Below, piece by piece: positions 41,033 through 49,899 of a stretch of DNA of 64,000 nucleotides (position 1 is the first letter of the stretch; the number at the start of each line of letters is the position of its first letter). Location of the stretch: the NCBI GenBank assembly GCA_963792415.1, contig CAWBVY010000004.1, forward strand, positions 352,001 through 416,000, read 5' to 3'. The translations under genes were made by a program, and so were the position numbers. The notes beneath the pieces are model-generated. The model worked only from the letters and a program-made list of their open reading frames with translations, ran no database searches and was not told the origin of the DNA. This stretch comes from Candidatus Deferrimicrobiaceae bacterium. Its GTDB lineage: Bacteria > Desulfobacterota > Deferrimicrobia > Deferrimicrobiales > Deferrimicrobiaceae.

Positions 41033-41427
41033 GATACGAAGTTCCTGCACTTCTCGATGTTGACGACGTGCACTTCCCGCATGTCGGCGAAGAACGCCTT
41101 CTCTTGGGCGTTCATCTCCGCGGGAGGGATCTCGTCGATCTTGCGGACGACCCACGATTGCCCCTTGACCAGGAGCGCGACCTGCTCGGCCTCCGTCGCC
41201 AGTGCGATCACCTTGTCCGCGAACGCGCCGACGTTCGTCGTGGGGGCCGCGCCGCGGGCCTGAAGGAACCCGAACAGGCCGGCGCAGAATTTCCCCTCGT
41301 CGTTCCGGAAGAGGGTGAAGAGCTCCTTCTTCCCCATGTCCTTTGCCTGGTCCGCCATCGCGTCGAGGCACTTCACTCCCGCACGCTCCGCTTCCAGCAG
41401 TTCCTGCAACCGGTCGATCAGCGTCAT
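41029..41427 (-). CDS. Ferritin-like four-helix protein (DUF6306-like)
   Basis: LLEAERAG, DEGKFC, GQSWVVRK and EVHVVNI. Confidence 0.75.
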   Translation of the reverse strand: MTLIDRLQELLEAERAGVKCLDAMADQAKDMGKKELFTLFRNDEGKFCAGLFGFLQARGAAPTTNVGAFADKVIALATEAEQVALLVKGQSWVVRKIDEIPPAEMNAQEKAFFADMREVHVVNIEKCRNFVS

Positions 41428-41475
41428 TGTCTCCCCCTTCCTCCTTCGCGCCGGATGCCGTACTCACCGCAACCG

Positions 41476-41538
41476 CTTCCTTCGCTTCCTCCTCCGCTGC
41501 CAGGGCAGCTTCGGAGGACAAGCCGGAGGACAAGCCCG
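41476..41538 (+). repeat. 63-bp nested palindromic repeat, copy 1 (intergenic)
   Basis: 60/63 identical to the reverse complement of 42080-42142. Inner hairpin cctccg-ctgcc..ggcag-ctt-cggagg. Confidence 0.85.
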
Positions 41539-41543
41539 CAGTT

Positions 41544-42578
41544 TCAGAACCCCGCGGCGCGGTTGAGCTCCGAAAGGAGCTGCTTCTCGCTCACGTTGTG
41601 CATCATCGCGCTCTGCTTCACGGACTCGGTCGCCTGCCCGGGGCAGGAGAAGCAGCCGTCTCCGTAATATTTGCGGAAGACCTTCTCCGTCTCGGGGTAC
41701 GCCCCGAGGATTTCGCCGAGGATGTGGTCCGCCCCGATCGTCTCCCCCCTCGAGAGCTTCCCCTTCTTCGCCTTCCCGGCGGGTTTCCCCTCCGTAGCGC
41801 CGGAAGCGGCAGCGCCGGGAAAGGCTACCGGTGCGGAGGAGGGCGCTATCGCCTCGTTCAGCTCCGACACCATGTAGTCGAGGTCCACGTTGTGCCGCTG
41901 GCACGCCATCCGCAAGGTGATCGGCATCTGCTTCACCTGCTCGCGGTGCTCCGGGTTCGCGAGCGAGGCGAAGCCGTGCCCCACGAAGGCGTCGACGGTC
42001 TCCGGCCACCGGGTGAGGATCTCGCCCACCCGCATGTCCGGATCGATCCGCGGCGCGTCCCGGGGTTTCGTCGCGGACACGGGCTTGCCCTCCGGCTTGT
42101 CCTCCGAAGCTGCCTTGGCAGCGGAGGAGGAAGCGGAGGAAGTTCCAGCGGAGGTTGATGTTTTCTCCGCGAAGGAGGGCTCCTCCTCTTCCTCCGGTTT
42201 GGGCTCGATCAGCATCGTCGCCCCGAGGTTCACGGCGAACATGCCGGCCGAAAGGACCGACAGGGCCGAGAAGAGGATGAAGCCGTTGGAGGGCAGCGAA
42301 GGCGCGGTGGCCACCATCCCGATCAGCCCGATGTTCGCGAGGAAGAAGTGGATGGGGACCCAGGACGGCCAGCGCAGCGTGCGCCCGTTGAACCGGGGCA
42401 GGATGAAGTACCCGACACCGTAGATCATCATCGACATGAACCCCAGCAGGTTGAAGTGAACGTGGGCGAAACGCACCCATCCCGCCCCGTCCGCCCCGCC
42501 CATCCAGATCCCGAGGACGGCGGCCAGGAAGAAGTAGACGAGCGACGCGACCACGAATCCTTTGGTGTACCGGTCCAT
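41544..42578 (-). CDS. Membrane protein with a 4-TM His-containing N-domain and two DUF1858-like C-terminal domains
   Basis: RFAHVHFNLLGF in the TM region, then IDPDMRVGEILTRWPET...ACQRH and GEILGAYPET...CFSCPGQATES repeats. Confidence 0.8.
   Translation of the reverse strand: MDRYTKGFVVASLVYFFLAAVLGIWMGGADGAGWVRFAHVHFNLLGFMSMMIYGVGYFILPRFNGRTLRWPSWVPIHFFLANIGLIGMVATAPSLPSNGFILFSALSVLSAGMFAVNLGATMLIEPKPEEEEEPSFAEKTSTSAGTSSASSSAAKAASEDKPEGKPVSATKPRDAPRIDPDMRVGEILTRWPETVDAFVGHGFASLANPEHREQVKQMPITLRMACQRHNVDLDYMVSELNEAIAPSSAPVAFPGAAASGATEGKPAGKAKKGKLSRGETIGADHILGEILGAYPETEKVFRKYYGDGCFSCPGQATESVKQSAMMHNVSEKQLLSELNRAAGF
42080..42142 (-). repeat. 63-bp nested palindromic repeat, copy 2 (in-frame inside CDS)
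   Basis: Encodes the linker SSASSSAAKAASEDKPEGKP and is inverted relative to copy 1. Confidence 0.85.
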
Positions 42579-42661
42579 CGATCCCCTCGCTGTTGTTCTG
42601 ATTCCCGGAATGGCGCTTCCCCGGGTACTGATGAGGATGCCGGAAAGCGGGGCCGGGTTCC

Positions 42662-42675
42662 TTGACGTCGGTCAA
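42662..42675. promoter_or_regulatory. Fnr/Dnr-type box upstream of the DUF1858 gene
   Basis: TTGAC-GTCG-GTCAA, resembling TTGAT-N4-ATCAA. Confidence 0.6.
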
Positions 42676-42712
42676 GGGCCCCGGCCCCGGAAATCCCGTG
42701 CCGTTCGCCGCC

Positions 42713-44041
42713 TTATGCCTGGGCTTTCGCCGGCCGCAACGTGAAGAGGTCCACGACGGTGGTGAGCAGTCCCGCCAGGAAGAAGACGCCCGCCAGCATG
42801 GTGACCCCCATCCAGAGCCGCATGTACCCCTGGGCTACCATGTACCCCATGCCGAGCACCCGCTCGATGTAGCTTTGCAGGACTCCCGCCACGCCGAAGG
42901 TCAGCCCCATGATCATCATGGCGGAGCACATCGTCCAGAAGCCGATCTTCCCCCGGCGGTCGTCGTACACCGCGATCCCCTTCATCTTCGGCATCGCGTA
43001 GTAGAACGTCATCAGGTTCAGCAGCGCGTAGGCGCCGAAGAAGGCGAGATGGCCGTGCGATACGGTGACCTGGGAGCCGTGCGTGTAGTAGTTGATCTGC
43101 GGGAGCGTGTGCGCGAAGCCCCACACGCCGGCGCCGATGAAGTGCAGCACCGCGCAGCCGATGGCGTACGTCCAGGTGAGGGGGTTGACGATCTTCTCCT
43201 TCCGCTTCTTCACGTGGTGCATCGTGTCGAAGACCATCAGGATGATCGGCACCGGCTCGAGGGCCGAGAAGATCCCCCCGACCCACAGCCAGTATCTCGG
43301 CGCACCGAGCCAGTAGTAATGGTGCCCGGTTCCGGCCAGCCCGGTGAACAGGAAGAGGCCGATCTCGACGTAGAGCCACTTCTCCACGACCTCGCGCTCG
43401 ACGCCGGTGAGCTTCAAGAGGACGAAGGCGAAGATCGACGCGGTGACGAGCTCCCAGGCTCCCTCCACCCACAGGTGGATCACCCACCACCAGTAGTACC
43501 AGTCGATGACGAGGTTCCGGTAGAAGGGGATCCCGAAGAGATACAGAAGTGCGAGGAAGACCAGCCCCCCGAGGAGCGTCCCCTGGATCGCCGTCCAGTT
43601 TTTCGCCTTGAGCATCGTCATGCCGACGTTGAACAGGAAGACGAGCGCACCGATGACCACGACGAAGTCGAGCGCCATCGGGATCTCCAGGAGCGGCCGC
43701 CCCTGCGTCCACCCGAAGAGGAACCCCACGATGGCGGTCACCCCCGTGACGAGAAGGGCGATCAGCTGGAACCAGGCGAGTTTCTCGGAGTAGATCTCCG
43801 ACTTCGTCTCCTCGGGGATGATGTAGTAGGTGCCGCCCATGAAGCCGAGGAGCATCCACAGGACGAGGAGGTTGGTGTGGATCGCGCGGGCCGTCGAGAA
43901 CGGGAAGACGTTCACGATCGACTGCGGGATGGTGAAGGTGTAGTTTGCCGCCAGCCAAAGCCCCACGACGACCTGGAGCACGAACAGCGGGAGCGCGGCC
44001 GCGAAGTACCAGTAGGCGATCTTCTGGGAACGGTATTCCAT
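42713..44041 (-). CDS. norB: Nitric oxide reductase large subunit (cNOR)
   Basis: RAIHTNL, WWVIHLWVEGAWE, GTGHHYYW, SALEP, HTLPQINYYTHG and SHGHLAFFG. Confidence 0.95.
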   Translation of the reverse strand: MEYRSQKIAYWYFAAALPLFVLQVVVGLWLAANYTFTIPQSIVNVFPFSTARAIHTNLLVLWMLLGFMGGTYYIIPEETKSEIYSEKLAWFQLIALLVTGVTAIVGFLFGWTQGRPLLEIPMALDFVVVIGALVFLFNVGMTMLKAKNWTAIQGTLLGGLVFLALLYLFGIPFYRNLVIDWYYWWWVIHLWVEGAWELVTASIFAFVLLKLTGVEREVVEKWLYVEIGLFLFTGLAGTGHHYYWLGAPRYWLWVGGIFSALEPVPIILMVFDTMHHVKKRKEKIVNPLTWTYAIGCAVLHFIGAGVWGFAHTLPQINYYTHGSQVTVSHGHLAFFGAYALLNLMTFYYAMPKMKGIAVYDDRRGKIGFWTMCSAMMIMGLTFGVAGVLQSYIERVLGMGYMVAQGYMRLWMGVTMLAGVFFLAGLLTTVVDLFTLRPAKAQA

Positions 44042-44051
44042 CGGGGCCTCC

Positions 44052-44756
44052 TTATTTCAGGGTCGCGAGGAAGCTGGCCACTTCGTCCAGCTCCCGCTCG
44101 GAGAGGTTGTCCTTCTGCGACGGCATCTTGGAATTCGGGTCGACGCCCTTGGGATTGCGGATGTACTTGCCGATCTCCTCCGCCGTCATCCCCGCCCCGA
44201 TCTTGTCGAGCGCCGGTCCGAACGTCCCGCCCGTCCCATGGAGGGAGTGGCAGTTCATGCACCCCTTCGTCTGGAAGACGGCGGCGCCCGGCGACACCCC
44301 CACCTTGGCCATCATCATCTGCTCGCCCCTCGACAGGCGCTTCTTGCTGTCCTGCGGAGGCCAGTCGTTGTTGTTGATCTCCCCGACCCAGGTGAAGAAG
44401 GCGATGAGATCGGTGATCTCCTGGTCCGTGACGCCCTGGTTCGGCATCTTCCGCGGGGAGTTGGCGAACGCGATCTCGGGCGACTTCACCCGGTAGCGGA
44501 TCCCCTCCTCGCCGACCCGCTGGACCACCTTCGTCAGGTCCGGCGCGTAGTAGCCGCCGAAGCCCAGGATCGTGTGGCAGTCGTTGCAGTTGTACTTCTC
44601 GAACGCCCGTTTCCCCGCCACGACCTGGTCGGACAGCTTGTCCACGTGGGACAGCGTGGTGACCTGCCGCTGGGTGTCGTACGTGGCCCACAGGAACAGG
44701 GCCGCAGAAGAGAGCGTGCCGATCAGGAAAATCCAGAAGGCGGTCTTCTTTGTCAT
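44052..44756 (-). CDS. norC: Nitric oxide reductase cytochrome c subunit with an extra C-terminal heme domain
   Basis: N-terminal TM, CNDCHTILGFGGYYAPDL...KMP, NNDWPP, then a second CMNCH...KMP domain. Confidence 0.9.
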   Translation of the reverse strand: MTKKTAFWIFLIGTLSSAALFLWATYDTQRQVTTLSHVDKLSDQVVAGKRAFEKYNCNDCHTILGFGGYYAPDLTKVVQRVGEEGIRYRVKSPEIAFANSPRKMPNQGVTDQEITDLIAFFTWVGEINNNDWPPQDSKKRLSRGEQMMMAKVGVSPGAAVFQTKGCMNCHSLHGTGGTFGPALDKIGAGMTAEEIGKYIRNPKGVDPNSKMPSQKDNLSERELDEVASFLATLK

Positions 44757-44872
44757 CCTTCCCCTCCCGAAGGTACCCGGCGATCAAGCCGCCGGCGTCT
44801 GGTTAGGTTCCTCCCGCCACGACGCTTCCGATCCGTTGAAGGTCATGCTACGGGTCGCGGACCGGGCCTGCA

Positions 44873-44886
44873 TTGATGCAGGTCAA
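44873..44886. promoter_or_regulatory. Fnr/Dnr-type box upstream of norC
   Basis: TTGAT-GCAG-GTCAA, one mismatch to TTGAT-N4-ATCAA, in the norC/fumC divergent gap. Confidence 0.65.
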
Positions 44887-44961
44887 GAAGGGAAAAATCA
44901 CGGAAAGGCTCGAGGAGAACCGTGTATCATCAGGAGAAATCGCCGGAGGAAGGGCGCCAGG

Positions 44962-46350
44962 ATGACACGGTACCGGGTCGAAAAGGATTCGATGGGCGAA
45001 GTCCGCGTCCCGGCGAAGGCGTATTACGGGGCGCAGTCGCAGCGGGCGGTGGAGAATTTCCCCGTGAGCGGGCACGGGATGCCGATGTCCGTGGTCCACG
45101 CCGTAGCGCTGGTGAAAGGGCTCGCGGCGGAGGTCAACGCGGGGCTCGGGATCCTCCCGTCCCCGCTGGCGGAGGCGATCTCCCGCGCCGCACGGGAAGT
45201 CCTCGAGGGGAAGTTCGACGACCAGTTCGTGGTCGACGTCTTCCAGACCGGCTCCGGCACCTCCACGAACATGAACGTGAACGAGGTCCTGGCGAACCGG
45301 GCGAACGAACTGCTCGGGAAGCCGCTGGGGGGGAACGCCCCGGTCCACCCGAACGACCACGTGAACCGGTGCCAGTCGAGCAACGACGTGATCCCGTCGG
45401 CGATCCGGATCGCGGCGCGCCGGGAACTTTCGGACCGGCTCCTCCCGGCGCTCGCCGCGCTGCGGGACGCCCTCTCCGGGAAGGCGGCGGAGTTCTCCGA
45501 CGTCCTGAAGATCGGGAGAACCCACTTGCAAGATGCCGTTCCGGTGACGCTGGGGCAGGAGTTCTCGGGGTACGCCTCCCAGGTCGACCACGGGATCCGG
45601 CGCGTCCGGGCGACGTTCGCGGACCTCGAAGAGCTGCCGCTCGGCGGCACCGCCGTGGGGACGGGGTTGAACGCCCACCCGGAGTTCGGCGCGCGGACGA
45701 TCGCGGAGATCGCCCGCGCCACCGGGATTCCGTTCCGTCCGGCGGAGAACCGGTTCGAGGCGATGGGGGCGCAGGATCCGCTCGTTTCGGCGAGCGGCGC
45801 GCTGAAGGGCGTGGCGGCGTCCCTGATGAAGATCGCCCACGACCTGCGGCTCCTGTCGTCCGGCCCCCGGTGCGGGATCGGCGAGATCTCCCTGCCGCCG
45901 CTGCAGCCCGGCTCCTCCATCATGCCGGGGAAGGTCAACCCGGTGATCCTGGAGGTGGCGATCCAGGTGGCGGCGCAGGTGGTCGGGAACGACGCGGCGG
46001 TGACCCTCGGCGGCGGGTTGGGGGTGCTCGAACTGAACGTGATGCTGCCGGTGATGGCGCGCAACCTGCTCGAATCGGTCGGGCTCCTTTCCGCGTCGAC
46101 GACGATGCTCGCTTCAAGGTGCGTCGCCGGGATCGGGCCGAACCGGAATCGATGCGCGGAGCTGATCGAGCAGAGTCTCGCGATGGTGACGCCGCTGGCG
46201 GTGCGGATCGGCTACGACAAGGCGGCGGAGCTTGCCCACGAGGCGTACCATACGGGGAAGACGATCCGGGCATTGCTTGTGGATAAAGGGGTTCTCCCCG
46301 CGGACGAGATCGATCGGGTCCTCGACCCGCGGACGATGATCGGGGAGTAG
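44962..46350 (+). CDS. fumC: Class II fumarate hydratase
   Basis: EKDSMG, FQTGSGTSTNMNVNE, HPNDHVN, GRTHLQDA and GSSIMPGKVNP. Confidence 0.94.
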   Translation: MTRYRVEKDSMGEVRVPAKAYYGAQSQRAVENFPVSGHGMPMSVVHAVALVKGLAAEVNAGLGILPSPLAEAISRAAREVLEGKFDDQFVVDVFQTGSGTSTNMNVNEVLANRANELLGKPLGGNAPVHPNDHVNRCQSSNDVIPSAIRIAARRELSDRLLPALAALRDALSGKAAEFSDVLKIGRTHLQDAVPVTLGQEFSGYASQVDHGIRRVRATFADLEELPLGGTAVGTGLNAHPEFGARTIAEIARATGIPFRPAENRFEAMGAQDPLVSASGALKGVAASLMKIAHDLRLLSSGPRCGIGEISLPPLQPGSSIMPGKVNPVILEVAIQVAAQVVGNDAAVTLGGGLGVLELNVMLPVMARNLLESVGLLSASTTMLASRCVAGIGPNRNRCAELIEQSLAMVTPLAVRIGYDKAAELAHEAYHTGKTIRALLVDKGVLPADEIDRVLDPRTMIGE

Positions 46351-46438
46351 CCCCGGTCCCCGGTTCTTTTCCGCGGAGGTCGGGCCTTTCGTGGACGAAC
46401 CTCCGGTTCCTTCGCGGAGCTTCGGTGCCGTATGCCGG

Positions 46439-47377
46439 TCACGGGGTGAGGCCCGCCAGGAAGATATCGACCAGTTCCGGATCGAGGGCGGCTCCCCGGA
46501 GCACCCCCATCACGCGCATCACTTCCTCCCGCTCGTATCCCTTGGCGTACGGGCGGTCCGACGACATTGCGTCGAAGATGTCCGCCACCGCGATAATACG
46601 CGCCTCGAGAGGGATCTCCGTCCCCTTCGCGCCCGTGGGATACCCCCGGCCGTCGAACCGCTCGTGGTGGTAGAGGATGATGTTGATGACCTCCTCGGGA
46701 AGGTTCGCCAGGCGTCCGACTTCGGCGCCCCACTCCGGATGCTTCCTGATCACCTCGAAATCCGCCGTGGACAGCTTCCCCGGGCGATTGAGGATCGCCT
46801 CCGGAACGTTGATCTTGCCGCAGTCGTGTAGCCAGCTTCCGAGCCGGATCGCCCGCCGCGTCTCCTCCGGGAGGGACAGCCCCTCGGCGATCTTCAGGGC
46901 GAACGCCGCCATGCGATCGCAATGTCCCCGGGTGTACGGGTCCCTGAGTTCGATCGTCTCGGCGATCGAGTGCAGGGTGGCTTCGTCCCCGTGGCGCAGG
47001 GAGCGCACCATCCGGTACCGCCACAACCCCTCCTCGACGGTGCGGACGATCTCCTCGTCCACCCACGGCTTCCCCTGGAAGCGGGACACCTCTCCCCGGG
47101 CGATCGCCTTGTTCGCGGCAGGCAGGTCGGCGGTCTCCGTCAGGAGGACCCTCACGGTGTCGGGCGAGAGATCCCGCACCCGCGAGAGAAGATCGACTCC
47201 GCGCGTCCCCGGCAAGAGGTCGTCGGAGACGACGACCGCCACCGGCTCCCTCCGCACGATCCCGATCGCCTCCTCCCCGTTCCCGGCGCGCAGGACCCGC
47301 ACGTCCCGGTTCAGGAACAGGCGCGCCAGCGCGTCCAGGGTGTTCGCCTCGACGACGAGGAGGATGGTGTTATCCAT
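46439..47377 (-). CDS. Response regulator with HD-GYP phosphodiesterase domain
   Basis: REC-like N-terminus, RDPYTRGH, LHDCGK and HHERFDGRGYP. Confidence 0.9.
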   Translation of the reverse strand: MDNTILLVVEANTLDALARLFLNRDVRVLRAGNGEEAIGIVRREPVAVVVSDDLLPGTRGVDLLSRVRDLSPDTVRVLLTETADLPAANKAIARGEVSRFQGKPWVDEEIVRTVEEGLWRYRMVRSLRHGDEATLHSIAETIELRDPYTRGHCDRMAAFALKIAEGLSLPEETRRAIRLGSWLHDCGKINVPEAILNRPGKLSTADFEVIRKHPEWGAEVGRLANLPEEVINIILYHHERFDGRGYPTGAKGTEIPLEARIIAVADIFDAMSSDRPYAKGYEREEVMRVMGVLRGAALDPELVDIFLAGLTP

Positions 47378-47431
47378 TGACTGCCTCCTTGTGCACGACG
47401 AGGATTACGCACCGGGTCGGTTCTCCCATCG

Positions 47432-49126
47432 TCAGGCCTCCTCCACCACGGGGATCCGCACGGTGAACACGGTTCCCCCGCCGGGTTCGCTCCGCACCGT
47501 GATCTCCCCGTTGTGGTTCCTCACGATGTCGTAGGTGATGCTCAGTCCCAGCCCCGATCCCTTGCCGGCCTCCTTCGTTGTGAAGAAGGGCTCGAAGATC
47601 CGGTCCAGGTTCGCCTCCGGGATCCCCGGGCCGGTGTCGGCTACGGAGACGCAGACGTACCCGTCCTCCTCACGGGAGCGGACGGTGATGATCCCCCGGT
47701 CTTGGATGGCGTGCGCGGCGTTGACCAGCAGGTTCGTGAAGACCTGGTTCATCAGCTGGGGGTAGCAGCGGGTTGTCGGGATCTCCCCCAGTTCCTTCTT
47801 CAGGGTCGCCTTCTGCTTGATCTCGTTCCAGGCGATGCTGATCGCGCTCCGGAGGCACGCGTTGATGTCGGCCTTCCTGTAATCGCTTTCGTCCGCGCGG
47901 GAGAAGCCCTGCAGTTCCGAAATGATGCCTCGGATGCGCTCCGCCCCCTCCATCGACTCGCGGACCAGGTCTTCGAGATCCTTCAAGATGTAGTCGATCT
48001 TGAGGCCGGCCTGCTGCTGCCGGACCGATTCGACCTGTTCCTGCGGCGCGCCGGCGGCGATGCACGCGGACTGGGCCGCGAGGAACGCCTCGATGCGCGA
48101 CAGGTATTTCCCGAGGGTGGAGAGGTTGCTGCTGATGAAGCCGATCGGGTTGCCGATCCCGTGGGCAATCCCGGACGCGAGTTGCCCGATCGACGCCATC
48201 TTCTCCTGATGGAGGACCTTGGCCTGGCTGCGCTTGAGCGCGGCCAGCGCCTCGTTCAGCCGGAGATTCTTCCGGGTGAGCTCCTCGGCGGCCTTCTTCA
48301 TCCCCGTAGCGTCGTGGATGGTGACGATCGTCCCCCGGGTGCCGGAATCCGGGACCTCCTCGAACGGATAGGGACTCAGCACGAACCACTTTCCGGTCCG
48401 TGCGTGGAAGCAATCCACAGGCTTCCCGAGGGAGAGCCCGGCGTCGAGGCCGGCTTCCGAAAGGAGCCGGTCGAACGGTTGCCCGAGGATCTCCGCGTGC
48501 GTCCGTCCGACGAATTCCCGGAACGTCCGGTTGCACCGCCGGATCCGGCGGTGCGAATCGGCCAGGAACAGCATGTCTTCGACGCGGTCTACCGTTCCTT
48601 CCCACTCCTCCTTTCCCGTCGCCACCAGCCGGTGCACGCGGGAGAGTTCGTCGTGCTTCTCCTGGAGTTCCGTGAGCCGCTCCGAGACGCTCTCCGCGTT
48701 CCACGACACGCAGGAGGCGACTTCGTTCCGATCGAAGAACCGCTCGATGTACCGAAGGAGTTCCTCTTCCTCCTCGCGCGGAAGCCCGGCGGTCCGGACC
48801 AGGTCGAGGTACGCCTGGCGGAAAAACTTGACGAGCCCGAGGAAGATCCCGAGAGGCATCCCCTCGCGGCGGCGCTTGCGCGCCTCGACGACGGCGAACG
48901 CGGAGAGTCCGGCTTCGCGGCCGACGTCGTCGGCGGTGAGCGAGGGGGGGGAGGGATCGGAGCGGAACGCCTGGAGCAGGGAGCCGGACAGCCCGCGGAG
49001 CGTGTCCCTCCACTCCTCGGGGGATCCGGGGACGAACCGGAAATATCCGTTCGCCTCGGCGAGGGAGAGGATCCTCCCGAGCAGGCGGTCCTCGTTCCGG
49101 GCGATGAGATCGGTCAGAAGCGTCAT
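47432..49126 (-). CDS. PAS-domain sensor histidine kinase
   Basis: Helical N-domain, [40 protein letters not shown] and GSGLGLS. Confidence 0.88.
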   Translation of the reverse strand: MTLLTDLIARNEDRLLGRILSLAEANGYFRFVPGSPEEWRDTLRGLSGSLLQAFRSDPSPPSLTADDVGREAGLSAFAVVEARKRRREGMPLGIFLGLVKFFRQAYLDLVRTAGLPREEEEELLRYIERFFDRNEVASCVSWNAESVSERLTELQEKHDELSRVHRLVATGKEEWEGTVDRVEDMLFLADSHRRIRRCNRTFREFVGRTHAEILGQPFDRLLSEAGLDAGLSLGKPVDCFHARTGKWFVLSPYPFEEVPDSGTRGTIVTIHDATGMKKAAEELTRKNLRLNEALAALKRSQAKVLHQEKMASIGQLASGIAHGIGNPIGFISSNLSTLGKYLSRIEAFLAAQSACIAAGAPQEQVESVRQQQAGLKIDYILKDLEDLVRESMEGAERIRGIISELQGFSRADESDYRKADINACLRSAISIAWNEIKQKATLKKELGEIPTTRCYPQLMNQVFTNLLVNAAHAIQDRGIITVRSREEDGYVCVSVADTGPGIPEANLDRIFEPFFTTKEAGKGSGLGLSITYDIVRNHNGEITVRSEPGGGTVFTVRIPVVEEA

Positions 49127-49878
49127 CGCGTCGTCAGCCTGTAGACGACCGGGGTGATGACTTCCGCCTCGACCGGGGACGGGGGAAAGGGGGAGGCGTT
49201 CCGGACCGCGTCGATCGCTCCCCGGTCGAGGGCGGCGTGCCCCGAGCCCTGCACGACCCGCACGTCCCGCACCGAGCCGTCCGAGAGAAGCTGGAAGGAC
49301 ACCACGACTTTCCCCTCCCACCCCATTCTGCGCGCCGTTGCCGGGTAGGCGATCGCGCCCTGGATCGCGTCGCGGATCCAGGCGAAGTCCGCCGACGGGG
49401 GAGGCGGTGCACCCGATATCCCCGGCAAACCCCCAGCGGCAGCCTTGACGGGACCCTGGCCTGTCGGGGCCGGGGTTGCGGCAGGGGCTGCGGCAGGAGC
49501 GTGCGGAGGTCCGGGGACGGGGGCGCCCATTTTTTCAGCCACCGCCACCGGGCTCGCCGGCGCGGTCGCTTCGGGCGGATTCGCGACGGGCGGCAAGGCG
49601 GGAAGGGTGGGCGGTTCCGGGAGGACGTCCGTCCCCGGGACCCGTGACGGTTTCACGGAGGCAGTGAAGGAGGGCGGGACCGGGCGCCTGGCGATTCCGG
49701 CGGGAGGCAGGAGAGTGAGGTCGATCACCAGCGGGGTCGCCTTCGGGGGGCCGGGGAGTGCGACGACCATCGCCGCCCCGACGAAGAGGTGCAGGAAGAG
49801 GGACGCCCCCGCCCCTTTCCAGGCGGCTCCGGCCGTCCAGCCCCGCGGCACGGGGACGCTCTCCCGCTGCCTCATCAT
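49123..49878 (-). CDS. tonB: TonB family energy transducer
   Basis: TM anchor SLFLH, Pro-rich linker, and C-domain YPATARRMGWEGKV...SGHAALDRGAI. Confidence 0.85.
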   Translation of the reverse strand: MMRQRESVPVPRGWTAGAAWKGAGASLFLHLFVGAAMVVALPGPPKATPLVIDLTLLPPAGIARRPVPPSFTASVKPSRVPGTDVLPEPPTLPALPPVANPPEATAPASPVAVAEKMGAPVPGPPHAPAAAPAATPAPTGQGPVKAAAGGLPGISGAPPPPSADFAWIRDAIQGAIAYPATARRMGWEGKVVVSFQLLSDGSVRDVRVVQGSGHAALDRGAIDAVRNASPFPPSPVEAEVITPVVYRLTTR

Positions 49879-49899
49879 CCCTCCCTGTTGTGCCGATCC

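Noticed and set aside
41476-42142. Inverted repeats as IS/transposon ends or CRISPR repeats
   Set aside because: There is no transposase or evident target duplication. Only two inverted copies exist, with no spacer array or cas genes.
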